Shown here: piece after piece, positions 62,301-64,000 of the stretch | Numbering within the stretch: position 1 is the first letter of the stretch | How the letters are laid out: each line of letters opens with the position of its first letter | Translations under genes and position numbers: made by a program | Assembly (NCBI RefSeq): GCF_009914755.1 | Contig: NC_060944.1 | Strand: one strand, 5' to 3' | Source: the human T2T-CHM13v2.0 reference genome, Homo sapiens | Length of the DNA: 64,000 nt | The notes under the pieces: generated by a model | What the model saw: only the letters and a program-made list of their open reading frames with translations | Database searches by the model: none | What the model was told of the DNA's origin: nothing

Positions 62301-64000
62301 AAAGCAGAGAGCAGCATTCTCAGAAACTTCTTTGTGATGTTTGCATTCAAGTCACAGAGTTGAACATTCCCTTTCATAGAGCAGGTTTGAAACACTCTTT
62401 TTGTAGTATCTGGATGTGGACATTTGGATCGCTTTCAGGCCTATGGTGAAAAAGGAAATATCTTCCCATGAAAACTAGACAGAAGCATTCTCAGAAACTT
62501 ATTTGTGATGTGTGCCCTCAACTGACAGTGTTGAACCTTTGTTTTGATAGAGCAGTTCTGAAACACACTTTTTGTAAAATCTGCAAGAGGATATTTGGAT
62601 AGCTTTGAGGATTTCGTTGGAAACGGGAATGTCTTCATGTAAACTCTAGACAGAAGCATTCTCAGAAACTGCTTTGGGATGTTTCAATTGAAGTCCCAGT
62701 GTTGAACATTCCCATTCATAGAGCAGGTTTGAAACACTCTTTTTGTACTATCTGGAAGTGGACATTTGGAGCGCTTTCAGGTCTACGGTGAAAAAGGAGA
62801 TATCTTCCAATAAAAACTAGATAGAAGCAATGTCAGAACTCTTTTCATGATGTATCTACTCAGCAAACAGAGTTGAACCTTTCTTTTGAGAGAGCAGTTT
62901 TGAAACACTCTTTTTGTGGAATATGCAAGTGGGTATTAGGCCAGCTTGGAGGATTTCGTTGGAAACGGGAATACGTATAAAAAGCAGACAGCAGCATTGT
63001 CAGAAACTACTTTGTGATGTTTGCATTCAAGTCACAGAATTGAACACTCCCTTTCACAGAGCAGGTTTGAAACACTCTTTTTGTAGTGTCTGTAAGTGAA
63101 CATTTGGATTGCTTTCAGGCCTAAGGTGAAAAAGGAAATATCTTCCCATAAAAACTAGACAGAAGCATTCTCAGAAACTTGTTTGTGATGTGTGCCCTCT
63201 ACTGACAGAGTTGAACCTTTCTTTGCAAAGAGCAGTTTTGAAACACTCTTTTTGTAGAATCTGCAAGAGGATATTTGGATAGCTTTGAGGATTTCTTGGG
63301 AAACGGGAATGTCTTCAGATAAACTCTAGACAGAAGCATTCTCAGAAACTTCTTTGGGATGTTTCAATTGAAGTCACAGTGTTGAACATTCCCTTTCACA
63401 GAGCAGGTTTGAAACACTCTTTTTGTAGTGTCTATAAGTGAACATTTGGCGTGCTTTCAGGCCTAACGTGAAAAAGGAAATATCTTCCCATAAAAACTAG
63501 ACAGAAGCATTCTCAGAAACTTGTTCTTGATGTGTGCCCTCTACTGACAGAGTTGAACCTTTCTTTGCAAAGAGCAGCTTTGAAACACTCTTTTTGTAGA
63601 ATCTGCAAGAGGATATTTGGATAGCTTGGAGGATTTCGTTGGAAACGGGTATGTCTTCAGATAAACTCTAGACAGAAGCATTCTCAGAAACTTCTTTGGG
63701 ATGTTGCATTCAAGTCACAGAGTAGAACATTCCCATTCATAGAGCAGATTTGAAACACTCTTTTTGTAGTATCTGGAAGTGGACATTTGGAGCGCTTTCA
63801 GGCCTATGTTGAAAAAGGAAATATCTTCCCATAAAAACTAGACGGAAGCATTCTCAGAAACTTATTTGTGATGTGTTTGCTCAACTAACAGGATTGAACC
63901 ATCGTTTTGAAGGAGCAGTTTTGAAACACTGTTTTCGTGGAATCTGCAAGTGGATATTTGGCTAGCTTTGAGGATTTCGTTGGAAACGGGATTACATATA

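Larger units (their letters stand above)
1..64000 (+). repeat. Alpha-satellite higher-order repeat array (16-mer, 2719 bp canonical unit), centromeric live-array type
   Basis: ~171-bp monomers with hallmark motifs (cattctcagaaac, gtttgaaacactcttt, gaaatatcttccc) run end to end. Identical anchors recur every 2719 bp (7871, 10590, 13309, 16028, 18747, 21466, 24185, 26904, 29623, 32342, 35061; then 50355, 53074, 55793, 58512, 61231). HOR copies differ by only scattered SNPs. Confidence 0.99.
1..64000 (+). other. Probable human chromosome 20 active centromeric array D20Z2 (S2C20H1L), SF2 dimeric family
   Basis: CENP-B box in every second monomer (dimeric organisation) excludes the pentameric SF3 16-mer of chr17. 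A 16-mer with a ~1.36-kb 8-mer variant matches what I recall for chr20. Not confirmed by alignment. Confidence 0.8.

Noticed and set aside
59-63099. Numerous short ORFs (61-86 aa) on both strands, e.g. MDIWLALRISLETG..., MRSEWTLPDMTKG...
   Set aside because: They are translations of alpha-satellite monomers that recur with HOR period, overlap on opposite strands, often start at non-ATG codons and appear or vanish with single SNPs. I recognise no protein family in them.
1-64000. Conserved short motifs separated by variable sequence, superficially like a CRISPR or other repeat-spacer array
   Set aside because: The intervening sequences are homologous monomers repeated near-identically every 2719 bp, not unique spacers, and there are no associated genes.
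1-64000. Assignment to chr17 D17Z1, also a ~2.7-kb 16-mer with shorter variants
   Set aside because: D17Z1 is pentameric SF3; here box-type monomers strictly alternate every 338-342 bp, which is dimeric organisation.
1-64000. Possible L1/Alu insertion, inversion or non-satellite island
   Set aside because: Every anchor spacing is accounted for by 2719, 2725, 2381, 2377 or 1356 bp, leaving no room for an insertion, and motif orientation never flips.
1-64000. Location of the CENP-A/kinetochore domain (centromere dip region) in this window
   Set aside because: It is defined epigenetically and cannot be inferred from sequence alone.

Overview
The whole 64 kb window is one uninterrupted, same-orientation array of primate (human-type) centromeric alpha-satellite DNA made of ~171-bp monomers. 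It is organised as a 16-monomer higher-order repeat (HOR) of 2719 bp built from alternating CENP-B-box and pJ-alpha-box monomers. A dimeric 16-mer with a 1356-bp 8-mer variant best fits the chromosome 20 live array (D20Z2 / S2C20H1L, suprachromosomal family 2); this assignment is from recall, not a search. I see no genes, RNA genes, transposon insertions, inversions or CRISPR arrays, and all listed ORFs are by-products of the repeat. I found no new gene system. The interest is in the recombination record: two 8-mer variants, two different 14-mer variants (2381 and 2377 bp), a 6456-bp tandem duplication whose junction is itself a 14-mer, nested 14/16-mer super-repeats at 38-53 kb, a full-length unit that still carries a 14-mer junction scar (53.2 kb), a 6-bp micro-duplication, regional SNP haplotype domains and an internal 6+6+2+2 ancestry of the 16-mer.
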